This document shows, one piece after another, positions 16,035 through 26,044 of a stretch of DNA of 32,000 nucleotides. Under the pieces are notes generated by a model, which did not search any database, was not told the DNA's origin, and saw nothing but the letters and a program-made list of their open reading frames with translations. Source of the DNA: Thermocrispum agreste DSM 44070. GTDB lineage: Bacteria > Actinomycetota > Actinomycetes > Mycobacteriales > Pseudonocardiaceae. The translations under genes were made by a program, and so were the position numbers. How positions within the stretch are numbered: position 1 is the stretch's first letter; each line of letters opens with the position of its first letter. The stretch spans positions 840-32,839 of the forward strand of contig NZ_ATYX01000008.1 in assembly GCF_000427905.1 (NCBI RefSeq), in the 5' to 3' direction.

Positions 16035-16212
16035 TGCTGTCCTCCGTTCCCCCGCGTGGAGGCACGTTGCACCCCCATGAACGAGTTCGTTTTCCTCGAG
16101 CAGGACCGGCCTCCCACGGGCCGTCTCGCCGCGGACGGCGCTGCCCACGGCCATGATCAACCTGCTCGTGAGGCACAACGGGATGGCGGGAGAACCTGTT
16201 CAACGCGTCAGC

Positions 16213-16258
16213 GTCGTTGCCCTCGACGTCACACCCCTACGCCTGAAAGGGCAACGAC
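16213..16258. other. Perfect 11-bp inverted repeat with 24-nt spacer
   Basis: GTCGTTGCCCT (16213-16223) pairs with AGGGCAACGAC (16248-16258). It lies 180-225 nt upstream of the doxX start codon. Confidence 0.8.
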
Positions 16259-16291
16259 TGGCGAGCGCAAGCCGCCGCTCGTGGGTGGGAG

Positions 16292-16321
16292 TTCCCAGTT
16301 GACCAATTCCCAGTCGACCAA
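16292..16321. repeat. 2 x 15-nt tandem direct repeat
   Basis: TTCCCAGTTGACCAA followed by TTCCCAGTCGACCAA, identical at 14 of 15 positions. Confidence 0.85.
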
Positions 16322-16364
16322 GGCCGTGTGCGTGCGGCGACGGACACAAGGCCCGGATGGGCAG

Positions 16365-16451
16365 CAGAAGGATCCGGACCGGCACCGGGGCGTCAGAAGA
16401 CTCCGGACCGACACCTGGGCGTCAAGACGATCCGGGGCGGCACCCGCGGGT
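16365..16451. repeat. 3 x 29-nt imperfect tandem repeat (minisatellite/VNTR-like)
   Basis: R1 is CAGAAGGATCCGGACCGGCACCGGGGCGT (16365-16393). R2 is CAGAAGACTCCGGACCGACACCTGGGCGT (16394-16422). R3 is CAAGACGATCCGGGGCGGCACCCGCGGGT (16423-16451). R1 and R2 match at 25 of 29 positions; R3 is more diverged. Confidence 0.85.
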
Positions 16452-16618
16452 CGAACGACGAGCGTCCTGGTCGTTCCGGCATGTCCATCGGCGTCGAGGT
16501 GGCGTCGACCGCCAATGTCGATGGCACAGCGTCCGCCACCCTCGGCGGGTTGACCGCTACCGCTACAGGTCCCGGTGGCATCCGCTGGCGGGCACGGAGC
16601 ACTTGTGTCGCGAACGGC

Positions 16619-17464
16619 TCAGCCGCGCCGGGCGAGTTCCTCCAGCCGCCGGATCCGCTCCTGCATCGGCGGGTGGGTGGAGAACAGCCGGGCGAAGTTC
16701 TCCCCCGGCCGGAACGGGTTGGCGATCATCAAGTGCGACTGCGAAACCAGCCGCGGCTCCGGGGCCAACGGCCGGGCCGCCGTGCCGCTCTCCAGCTTGC
16801 GCAGGGCGGACGCCAACGCCAGCGGATCGCCGGTCAGCTCGGCGCCGGACTGGTCGGCCTGGAACTCCCGGGACCGGCTGACCGCCAGCTTGATGATCCC
16901 GGCCGCGATCGGGCCGATGAACACCAGCAGCAAGCTCAGCAGCGGGTTGGCGTTCTCCCTGTTGCCGCCGAACATCGCGAGGTACGACAGGAAGGTCACC
17001 ACGCTGGCCAGCGCCCCGGCGATGCTGGAAATCAAGATGTCGCGGTTGTAGACGTGCGACAGCTCGTGCCCGAGCACCGCACGCAGCTCACGCTCGTCGA
17101 GGATCTGCAAGATCCCGGTGGTGCAGCACACCGCGGAGTTGCGCGGGTTCCGGCCGGTGGCGAACGCGTTCGGCGCCGGCGTCGGGCTGATGTAGAGCCG
17201 CGGCATCGGCTGCCGCGCGGCCGTGGCCAGCTCGCGCACGATCCGGTACATCGTGGGCTGCTCCGCTTCGGACACCGGCCGGGCGCGCATCGCACGCAGC
17301 GCCAGCTTGTCCGAGTTGAAGTAGGCGAATCCGTTGACGGCCAGCGCAATGAGCAAACCGATGTACACCGCACCACGCCCGAAGAGGCTGCTGATGCCGA
17401 TGATGAGTGCGCTCATCAAGCCCAGCAGCAGCACGGTCTTGATGCCGTTCTGATGCCTGTGCAC
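16619..17464 (-). CDS. htpX: Zinc metalloprotease HtpX (peptidase M48)
   Basis: GTG 17464 has GGGAGG 9 nt upstream. The product begins '[23 protein letters not shown]...', carries the zinc motif 'HELSHV', and ends '...[15 protein letters not shown]', typical of actinobacterial HtpX. Confidence 0.9.
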   Translation of the reverse strand: MHRHQNGIKTVLLLGLMSALIIGISSLFGRGAVYIGLLIALAVNGFAYFNSDKLALRAMRARPVSEAEQPTMYRIVRELATAARQPMPRLYISPTPAPNAFATGRNPRNSAVCCTTGILQILDERELRAVLGHELSHVYNRDILISSIAGALASVVTFLSYLAMFGGNRENANPLLSLLLVFIGPIAAGIIKLAVSRSREFQADQSGAELTGDPLALASALRKLESGTAARPLAPEPRLVSQSHLMIANPFRPGENFARLFSTHPPMQERIRRLEELARRG

Positions 17465-17513
17465 TTGCTTGCGCCTCCCGATGGCCGGTTTCTCGCCCCT
17501 CCGTCCACGATTC

Positions 17514-17539
17514 AACGCGCCTGGCCACACCGAAGTTCC
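17514..17539 (-). promoter_or_regulatory. Candidate ECF-sigma (SigE/SigH/SigR-type) promoter for htpX
   Basis: The minus strand reads GGAAC-(18 nt)-GTT. The -35 is at 17539-17535 and the -10 at 17516-17514, about 50 nt upstream of the htpX GTG. Confidence 0.3.
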
Positions 17540-17982
17540 GATGATTCCGGCCACGGCGCCCTGACCAGGCACTTCATCGCGTGTCGACGGCCGGAGCCGT
17601 CAATCGACCGACGATCCGTAGCCGGTCGATCACGAAGCGCTTCCGAACAGTTCGGCAAATTTCGTCCGCAGCACACGGTCAGCCCGCCTCGCGCACGCTC
17701 TGATTGCCGCCATTTGCCCAGTCCGCGCTCGTACCGCCGATGACCTGTTCGCCCCGAACGTCTGTTTCGTGCCACGCCCTGCTCGATTCTTCATCAATCA
17801 AATGGCGGGAGCGCAGGAAAGATCACGCCAGCGTGTTCAGAATCCGTCTTACCGATCCAGGAGCGGCGACGGCCTGGTGCCGATGGCCGAGCGTGGCGAA
17901 CAGCCCACGGTGCGGACGGCGAGCAGGTCGTCCGAGCCGGCAACCCGGCGCCAGACGCATCCGTTCGAGCCGACGCCAAGGA

Positions 17983-18018
17983 GAAAGGCTCCCTGGCACA
18001 CGCCTCCGGGAGCCTTTC
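17983..18018. terminator. Perfect 11-bp hairpin (possible bidirectional terminator or structured RNA element)
   Basis: GAAAGGCTCCC-(14 nt)-GGGAGCCTTTC. On the minus strand it is followed by TCTCCTTGG (U-rich). It sits about 220 nt downstream of the DDAH-like gene stop, in a gene-free stretch. Confidence 0.45.
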
Positions 18019-18236
18019 GTCATCGGTCTCGGTCATGCGTACCTGCGCGCCGGCACCCGACGCCGTTGTCGGCTACCTTCGCGGGCTTGGCCTGCCGAGA
18101 AGCACGTGGGTCGCCCGTACCCGCACGCGCTGTGCCGCCTGCACCCGTGGCCCAGCGTGGCGGCTGATCCACCCAGAACACACAGGCTGCCCGTACCCGC
18201 GCGGCCGGCCCGAGGTTCGTGCGCCGATCGGCCAGC

Positions 18237-19097
18237 TCAGTCGCGCAGCTCCAACGTGCAGCACTTCGGGCCGCCGCCCGCCTTGCGCAGCTCGGACATG
18301 TCGACCAGGTGCGGCTGGTAGCCGCGCTCGGCAAGCTGCTCGGCCAAGCCGACGGCCTGCGCGGACAACACCACGTTGCGGCCGTCGGAGACTCCGTTCA
18401 ACCCGAACGTCTCCGCGTCCTCGTCGCTGGCCAGCACCGCGTCCGGGAACATCCGCTGCAACACCCGCAGGGAGCCGGGCGAGAAGGCCTTCGGGTAGTA
18501 GGCCACCTCCGCCGGGCGGTCCTCGGTCGCCGTGGTCAGCACCATCAGCGCGGTGTCCAGGTGGTAGTAGCGCGGGTCGACCAGCTGCAGCGTCACCACC
18601 GGCACGCCGAGGACCTCCTGCGCCTCGGCGTGCGCCGCCGGATCGGTGCGGAATCCGGTGCCCGCCAGCAGAACCGACCCGGTCCAGGTCAGGTCGCCCT
18701 CGCCTTCGTTGATCTTGGTGGGCATCACCACGTCGCGGTAGCCGTGCTCGACGAACCAGCGCCGGTAGTACTCCGCCTCGGCCTGGCGCTGCTCGGCACG
18801 GAACCGTGCACCCAGCACGCGACCGTCGATCACCGTTCCCGAGTTCGCGGCGAACACCATGTCGGGCAGGCCCTCGACCGGCTCGATCTCCTCCACGGTG
18901 TGGCCGAGCTTGCGGTAGGTGTCCCGCAGTTCGGTCCACTGCAGCATGGCCAGATCCACCGACACCGGCTTGCTCGGGTCCATCCACGGATTGATGGCGT
19001 AGTCCACCGCGAAGTACCGCGGTGGGCACATCAGGTAGTGACGTGGTTCCGCCTGCCGGTGGGCAGGCGACGTCTGGCGAACAGCAACGGCGGTCAT
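18237..19097 (-). CDS. Amidinotransferase-fold enzyme, dimethylarginine dimethylaminohydrolase (DDAH)-like
   Basis: 'HYLMCPPRYFAVDYAINPWM', 'YHLDTAL' and the C-terminal 'GGGPKCCTLEL' (catalytic Cys context) are characteristic of the guanidino-group-modifying enzyme superfamily. It is divergent from an Lrp/AsnC regulator. Confidence 0.8.
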   Translation of the reverse strand: MTAVAVRQTSPAHRQAEPRHYLMCPPRYFAVDYAINPWMDPSKPVSVDLAMLQWTELRDTYRKLGHTVEEIEPVEGLPDMVFAANSGTVIDGRVLGARFRAEQRQAEAEYYRRWFVEHGYRDVVMPTKINEGEGDLTWTGSVLLAGTGFRTDPAAHAEAQEVLGVPVVTLQLVDPRYYHLDTALMVLTTATEDRPAEVAYYPKAFSPGSLRVLQRMFPDAVLASDEDAETFGLNGVSDGRNVVLSAQAVGLAEQLAERGYQPHLVDMSELRKAGGGPKCCTLELRD

Positions 19098-19171
19098 GCC
19101 GTCAATCTACGATGCAAGCACAGCGGCGATCAATTGCTCACTTTTGCGCATGCACGTGCTAAACATTGCGT

Positions 19172-19615
19172 ATGAACTCGATTGACCAGCGAATCATTTC
19201 GTGTTTGGTCGCCAATGCCCGGTCTTCGTACGCGGAGATCGGCAAGGTGGTCGGGCTGTCCGCCCCGGCCGTCAAGCGCCGCGTCGACAAGCTGTTGGAT
19301 TCGGGGGTACTGCGCGGCTTCACCGCGGTCGTCGACCCGCGCGCGCTGGGCTGGGGAACCGAAGCTTTCGTGGAAGTGCACTGCCGGGGCAACGTTCCGC
19401 CGTCGCGGATCCGGTCGAGCCTCATCGAGTTGCCGGAAGTGGCCGCCGCGTACACGGTGTCCGGTGCCGCGGACGCCATCGTGCACCTTCGTGCCGCCGA
19501 CATCCATCATCTGGAGTCGGCGCTGGAGCGGCTGCGCGGCCTGGAGATCATCGACCGCACGGTGTCCACCGTCGTGCTGTCCACGCTGCTGGAGCGGCCC
19601 CCCGTTCCGCACTGA
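19172..19615 (+). CDS. Lrp/AsnC family transcriptional regulator
   Basis: 'MNSIDQRIISCLVANARSSYAEIGKVVGLSAPAVKRRVDKLLDSGVLRGFTAVVDP' is the HTH_AsnC portion. It is followed by an RAM/ACT-like C-terminal domain. Confidence 0.9.
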   Translation: MNSIDQRIISCLVANARSSYAEIGKVVGLSAPAVKRRVDKLLDSGVLRGFTAVVDPRALGWGTEAFVEVHCRGNVPPSRIRSSLIELPEVAAAYTVSGAADAIVHLRAADIHHLESALERLRGLEIIDRTVSTVVLSTLLERPPVPH

Positions 19616-19649
19616 CACGTCGCGGCACCCGCTGGGTACTCTCGGCCGC

Positions 19650-20444
19650 ATGGTCGCAGCAACCCCGCACCCGGCCGACGAGGCCGGAATCCGCCAGGAC
19701 CGCATCGGCAAAGTCGCCGTGCTCACCGTGCACAACCCCAAGCGCCGGAATGCCCTCACCGTGGACCTGTCAGCGGAGCTTGCCGCCGCGGTCCGCGCGG
19801 CAGAGGACGACCAGGACGTACACGCCGTGGTCGTGACCGGCACACCCCCGGCGTTCTGCGCAGGTGCCGATCTGGAGGCGCTGGCGTCCGGCACCGAGGA
19901 AGGGCTGCGCTCCATCTACGCCGGGTTTCTCGCCGTGGCGGAATGCTCGCTTCCCACCCTGGCGGCGGTCGGTGGCCCGGCCGTGGGCGCTGGCCTGAAC
20001 CTGGCGCTGGCCGCCGACGTCCGGTTCGCCGGTCCGCACGCCCGCTTCGACACCCGGTTCCTCCAGCTGGGCATCCACCCCGGCGGCGGCATGACGTGGA
20101 TGGCACACCGCATCGTCGGGCCGCAACAGGCAGCGGCGATGACGCTGTTCGGTGAAGTTCTCGGCGCCGAACAGGCACACGCGGCGGGACTGGTCCACCG
20201 CGTGGTGGACGGTGACCACGAACAGCTTGTCGCCGCCGCCGTGGAATTCGCCAGGGGCGCGGAGAAGGCGCCCCGCGATCTGCTGGTGACCACCAAGCGC
20301 ACCATGCGTCAGACCGCCACGATGGCCCGTCACGCGGACGCCGTGAACGCCGAGATCGTGCCGCAGCTGGCGTCGATCGCCTCGGAGACATTCGCCACCC
20401 GGCTCGCTGAGATGCGCACCACAATCAGCAGGTCAGGGCGCTGA
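19650..20444 (+). CDS. Enoyl-CoA hydratase/isomerase (crotonase) family protein
   Basis: In-frame ATG at 19650. '...RRNALT...VVVTGTPPAFCAGADL...GGPAVGAGLNLALAADVRFA...' are the crotonase oxyanion-hole motifs. The upstream part of the track ORF overlaps lrp and is not coding. Confidence 0.85.
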   Translation: MVAATPHPADEAGIRQDRIGKVAVLTVHNPKRRNALTVDLSAELAAAVRAAEDDQDVHAVVVTGTPPAFCAGADLEALASGTEEGLRSIYAGFLAVAECSLPTLAAVGGPAVGAGLNLALAADVRFAGPHARFDTRFLQLGIHPGGGMTWMAHRIVGPQQAAAMTLFGEVLGAEQAHAAGLVHRVVDGDHEQLVAAAVEFARGAEKAPRDLLVTTKRTMRQTATMARHADAVNAEIVPQLASIASETFATRLAEMRTTISRSGR

Positions 20445-20604
20445 TTCGGGTAGTCGACACGGTCGACGGCGGGTGTCCACGGACTGGAATCACATCGAGC
20501 CGGTTCGTCGGTTCGGCACACGTCGAGCTAACCTCGAGGTGAGTCGAGCCTAACTTCGGTAGGCGACTCGTACTCGAAGCGCAGAGAGGGATTCCCTCAT
20601 TCAC

Positions 20605-22547
<1,943 letters not shown>

Positions 22548-22551
<4 letters not shown>

Positions 22552-23606
22552 GCATCGACCTCGGACTCCCGCGCATCGGCGGGCTGGACGGAGTGCCGAC
22601 CACCGACGAGGCCTACAAGGCCAAGGACTTCAAGTCCGACCAGGAAGTGCGCTGGTGCCCCGGGTGCGGCGACTACGTCGTGCTCAACACGATGCAGGCG
22701 TTCCTGCCCAGCCTGGGCGTCAAGCGGGAGAACATCGTGTTCGTGTCGGGCATCGGCTGCTCCAGCCGGTTCCCGTACTACATGAACACCTACGGCTTCC
22801 ACTCGATCCACGGCCGGGCGCCCGCGATCGCCACCGGGCTGGCGGTGGCCAGGCCGGATCTGTCGGTGTTCGTCATCACCGGTGACGGCGACGCGCTGTC
22901 CATCGGCGGGAACCACCTGATCCACGCGCTGCGGCGCAACGTGAACATCAAGATCCTGCTGTTCAACAACCGCATCTACGGCCTGACCAAGGGCCAGTAC
23001 TCGCCGACCAGCGAGGAAGGCAAGATCACCAAGTCCACCCCGATGGGCTCGCTGGACCATCCGTTCAACCCGATCAGCCTGGCGCTGGGCGCCGAGGCGA
23101 CGTTCGTGGCGCGGGCGCTGGACTCGGACAAGGCCGGGCTGACCGAGGTGCTCACCGCGGCGACGCAGCACCGCGGGTCGGCGTTCGTGGAGATCTACCA
23201 GAACTGTCCGATCTTCAACGACGGCGCGTTCGACGTGCTGAAGGACAAGGACGAGTCGGCGCGGCGGATCGTGCCGCTGCGGCCGGGCGAGCCGATCGTG
23301 TTCGGGCCGGAGAACGAGTACGCGGTGGTGCGCGGCGACTTCGGCTTCGACATCGCCAAGGTGGCCGACATCGACCCGGACACCATCGTCACCCACGACC
23401 CGACGATCGCCGACCCGGCGTACGCGTTCGCGTTGTCCCGGCTGGGCGGCCAGGACCTGTCGCACACCCCGATCGGGATCTTCCGCCAGGTCGACCGCAC
23501 GACGTACGACGACGCGGTGCGGGCGCAGGTGGAGTCGGCACGCCAGAAGCAGGACGCCGACCTGCAGGCGCTGCTCAACGGCAGCGACACCTGGACCGTC
23601 GCGTGA
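22548..23606 (+). CDS. korB: 2-oxoglutarate (2-oxoacid):ferredoxin oxidoreductase, beta subunit
   Basis: ATG 22548 starts a product with 'WCPGCGDY' (Cys cluster), 'GIGCSSRFPYY' and 'GDGDALSIGGNH' (TPP-binding motif). Confidence 0.92.
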
Positions 23607-23624
23607 CGCAGGCTTGATCACTCG

Positions 23625-23650
23625 GCCGTCGAGGCTGGAAGCTCGACGGC
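23625..23650 (+). terminator. Hairpin 19 nt after the korB stop (no U-tract)
   Basis: GCCGTCGAG-(8 nt)-CTCGACGGC is a perfect 9-bp stem. A second hairpin, GGCCGCGG-(11 nt)-CCGCGGCC at 23768-23794, follows the convergent gene. Confidence 0.35.
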
Positions 23651-23813
23651 GAGCGCGGTTCCGGCGCGACCGTCACGGCGCGCAACCCGGCACCCGACCG
23701 CCCTGGCAGCACGAGTCGCCCGGCGCACGGCGAGGGGACGTGCCAGCCGTCGTCCGCAGTCCCGTCGGGCCGCGGCCATGGTCGACCCGCGGCCTTGGCA
23801 GCCCGCGGCCGTG

Positions 23814-25985
23814 TCAGCCCTCCAACGGCCGGAAACCCACCCGCTCGGCGTCCGCCACGCTGGTGAACCACACTTCCGCGACCATCTCGTTGAACCGCGG
23901 CGAATCCTCCGGGCAGTACCGCAACGCGGTCACGCTGCCCTTCACCCGGTACTCGGGTCCCGGGCGGCCACCGCCGGGCAGCGGCATCGCCGACCCGGGC
24001 CCGAACGGCCCTGGCGGCGGCAGCTGCGCGCCGGACGGCTGCGCCTTCGCCCCCTTCGACGACGCCGGCTCGAACAGCGAGCCGCCCGACGGAACGTTCG
24101 CCTGCGGAACACGCCGGGCCACCGGACGCATGCTCGGCTTGATCGGCTTCGGTGGCTCGAACCCGCCGCGGATCTGGTGCGTGGCACCCCTGGTCCGCTT
24201 GGGCAAGCCGGTTTCCGGATCCAGCTGCGGCTCGATGTCCGGCAAACGGCCGTCCGGGCCGACCTCCGGCGCCACGGCCGGTTTCTCCGGCTCGGTGAAC
24301 AGGCTCGGTTGGTCGCCGTGGTCGCCGTGGTCGCCGACCGCCGATGCGGCGACACCGCTGGGTGCGCCTTCCCGACTGTCCCTGCTTTCCGGGGAGTCCG
24401 GAGTCCACTCGTCGCCCTGCTGCGGAGCCGCCGAAACGGGCTCGGCCGGAGCGTCCGGGAGTTGCGTTTCGCCCGGCTGGGCCTGCGGCGCCGGGGCAGA
24501 GAAACCGCTCGGCGTGGGCGCCTGCACGTCGGGTGCTTCCGTGGGCCGGAACGCGACCGGGGCGTCCGGCCGTATCGCCGAGGTGTCGGCGGGCTGGAAG
24601 CCCGTTGTCGTCTCGGGCTGCGCTGCGGACGTTTCCGCCGCCTGGTGTCCGGCGGCCGCCTCGGCTTGCGCCACCTCCGGCTGGTGGAACATCGCAGGCA
24701 CTTCCGGCTCAGCGGCAGGCCCCGCAGCGGATTCCGTCTCGAACTCGGTGCTTTCGAATCCCGCCGGCTGCTGAGGTGCGGCCGGAGCACTCGGCTGCTC
24801 GGGCGCCGGACCCTCTGTCGGAGCATCGGTCTGAGCGGACGACACTGGCGCATACGCGCCGGTGGATTCCGCCTGCGTGGACGCAGACTCTGCGCGGCCC
24901 GGCGCTGCCGGGGCAGCAGATTCGGCCGACGCTGTCGGCGCGGGCTGCGGCCGGACCGGTGGCGGGGTCGACGCAGAACGCCGCGGCACACGCCGCGTGA
25001 ACTCCTCCAGCTCCTGGTCACCGGCCAGGTCGATGTCCGCCGACCCGAGCACTCGGGGCTGGATCTGCGTGGGGGTCTCCGGCCACGTGTCCACCGGCGG
25101 CGCGGCATGCTCCGCGGCCTGCGCCTGCCCGGTGGCCTGGTCTCGGTCGGCGCCCGGCGCCCGCTCGACCTCCTCCGACGGATCGTCGAGCGCCGCAAAG
25201 CCCGGGGTGTCCGCCGTGTCGTCGGCACCGCCGAGCCGGTCCGCGATCGACCCGCCTGCGGGCTGGTCGGGCTCGAACAAGCTCCCCGGCGGCTCGTCGT
25301 CGACGTCCCGGGGGGTCCGATCCGAGGCCGCGGCCGAGATCACCGGCTGCACCCGGGTGACCTCGCCGTCGTCAGCGGCCGACGGATCGGCCTCGGCTGC
25401 TCCGGCGTGTTCGTGGAACCGGCCCGGCTGCTCGTCGGCCGGATCACCGCGGTGGTCGAAGTCCTCGTGGTCGGCTTGCGGGTGCGACCACTCGCGCCGA
25501 TACGGCTCCTGCTCGAAAGGCTCAGGACGGTCCGGCTCGAAGTCGTCCTCGGCGTAGCCGGCAGACCGGTCGTGCTCACGGGTGGGCGTGCCGCGCATTT
25601 CCTCGGCGTACTCGTGGTACTCCGCCCGCTCGCGCTCGTCCTCGTCCCGAACGAACTGGTCGACGGCGTCGGGCTCGTCGTCGTTCCGGGGCCGCGCCGA
25701 CAGGCTGTCCCGTTCCAGCCAGTCGTGCCGGCGGGTCGGCGGCACCGGCTCGTCGAAGACCGAGCTCGACGACTGCCGGTACTCCGGCGCCTGCTGCGGC
25801 CGTCCGCCGGGCTCCGCCTGCCCCGGCTGGGCCCGCTGGGTCCCGCGCGCCACCTCGTGCAGCTGCTGCTCGAGGTGGTTGGCCCGCTGCTGCAGGGACC
25901 GGACCAGCAGCACCCAGGTGAGCAGCGCGCCGAGCAGGAACGACAGCAGGCTCCAGAACCAGACTTCTCCGAACAGGGAGGACAT
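23814..25985 (-). CDS. Membrane-anchored, extremely acidic Pro/Ala/Glu-rich disordered protein with small conserved C-terminal domain ('sunset'-like)
   Basis: ATG 25985 has GGAAGGAG upstream. The N-terminus is 'MSSLFGEVWFWSLLSFLLGALLTWVLLV' (one TM), followed by a short coiled-coil-like segment. About 600 aa of low-complexity P/A/E/D/Q/T/S sequence come next. The C-terminus is 'YRVKGSVTALRYCPEDSPRFNEMVAEVWFTSVADAERVGFRPLEG', matching the xKG...Y..P.S..Y......WF.S...AE.AGFR pattern of actinobacterial C-terminal 'sunset' domains. Confidence 0.75.
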   Translation of the reverse strand: MSSLFGEVWFWSLLSFLLGALLTWVLLVRSLQQRANHLEQQLHEVARGTQRAQPGQAEPGGRPQQAPEYRQSSSSVFDEPVPPTRRHDWLERDSLSARPRNDDEPDAVDQFVRDEDERERAEYHEYAEEMRGTPTREHDRSAGYAEDDFEPDRPEPFEQEPYRREWSHPQADHEDFDHRGDPADEQPGRFHEHAGAAEADPSAADDGEVTRVQPVISAAASDRTPRDVDDEPPGSLFEPDQPAGGSIADRLGGADDTADTPGFAALDDPSEEVERAPGADRDQATGQAQAAEHAAPPVDTWPETPTQIQPRVLGSADIDLAGDQELEEFTRRVPRRSASTPPPVRPQPAPTASAESAAPAAPGRAESASTQAESTGAYAPVSSAQTDAPTEGPAPEQPSAPAAPQQPAGFESTEFETESAAGPAAEPEVPAMFHQPEVAQAEAAAGHQAAETSAAQPETTTGFQPADTSAIRPDAPVAFRPTEAPDVQAPTPSGFSAPAPQAQPGETQLPDAPAEPVSAAPQQGDEWTPDSPESRDSREGAPSGVAASAVGDHGDHGDQPSLFTEPEKPAVAPEVGPDGRLPDIEPQLDPETGLPKRTRGATHQIRGGFEPPKPIKPSMRPVARRVPQANVPSGGSLFEPASSKGAKAQPSGAQLPPPGPFGPGSAMPLPGGGRPGPEYRVKGSVTALRYCPEDSPRFNEMVAEVWFTSVADAERVGFRPLEG
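24311..24337. repeat. 3 x 9-nt in-frame tandem repeat inside the disordered-protein gene
   Basis: GGTCGCCGT GGTCGCCGT GGTCGCCGA encodes GDH-GDH-GDQ on the minus strand. Confidence 0.85.
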
Positions 25986-26044
25986 GGTCTGCGCGGTCTC
26001 CTTCCGTCCATCCGCCGGCGGCGGGCACCGGCGGCCCGGAGCGT

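Noticed and set aside
16481-16620. Plus-strand start 'MSIGVEVASTANVDGTASATLGGLTATATGPGG' with good G/C-ending codons, reminiscent of a small secreted or RiPP-like peptide
   Set aside because: The frame has no stop until 17743 and would run antisense through all of htpX. There is no SD, and the local codon bias is equally explained by the opposite-strand frame. It is not supportable as a gene.
17643-17655. CCGAACaGTTCGG palindrome resembling an actinobacterial LexA SOS box half-site pair
   Set aside because: The SOS box has GAAC-N4-GTTC spacing, whereas here the spacer is 1 nt. It lies ~180 nt from htpX, which is not an SOS gene. It is kept only as part of the unexplained-region finding.
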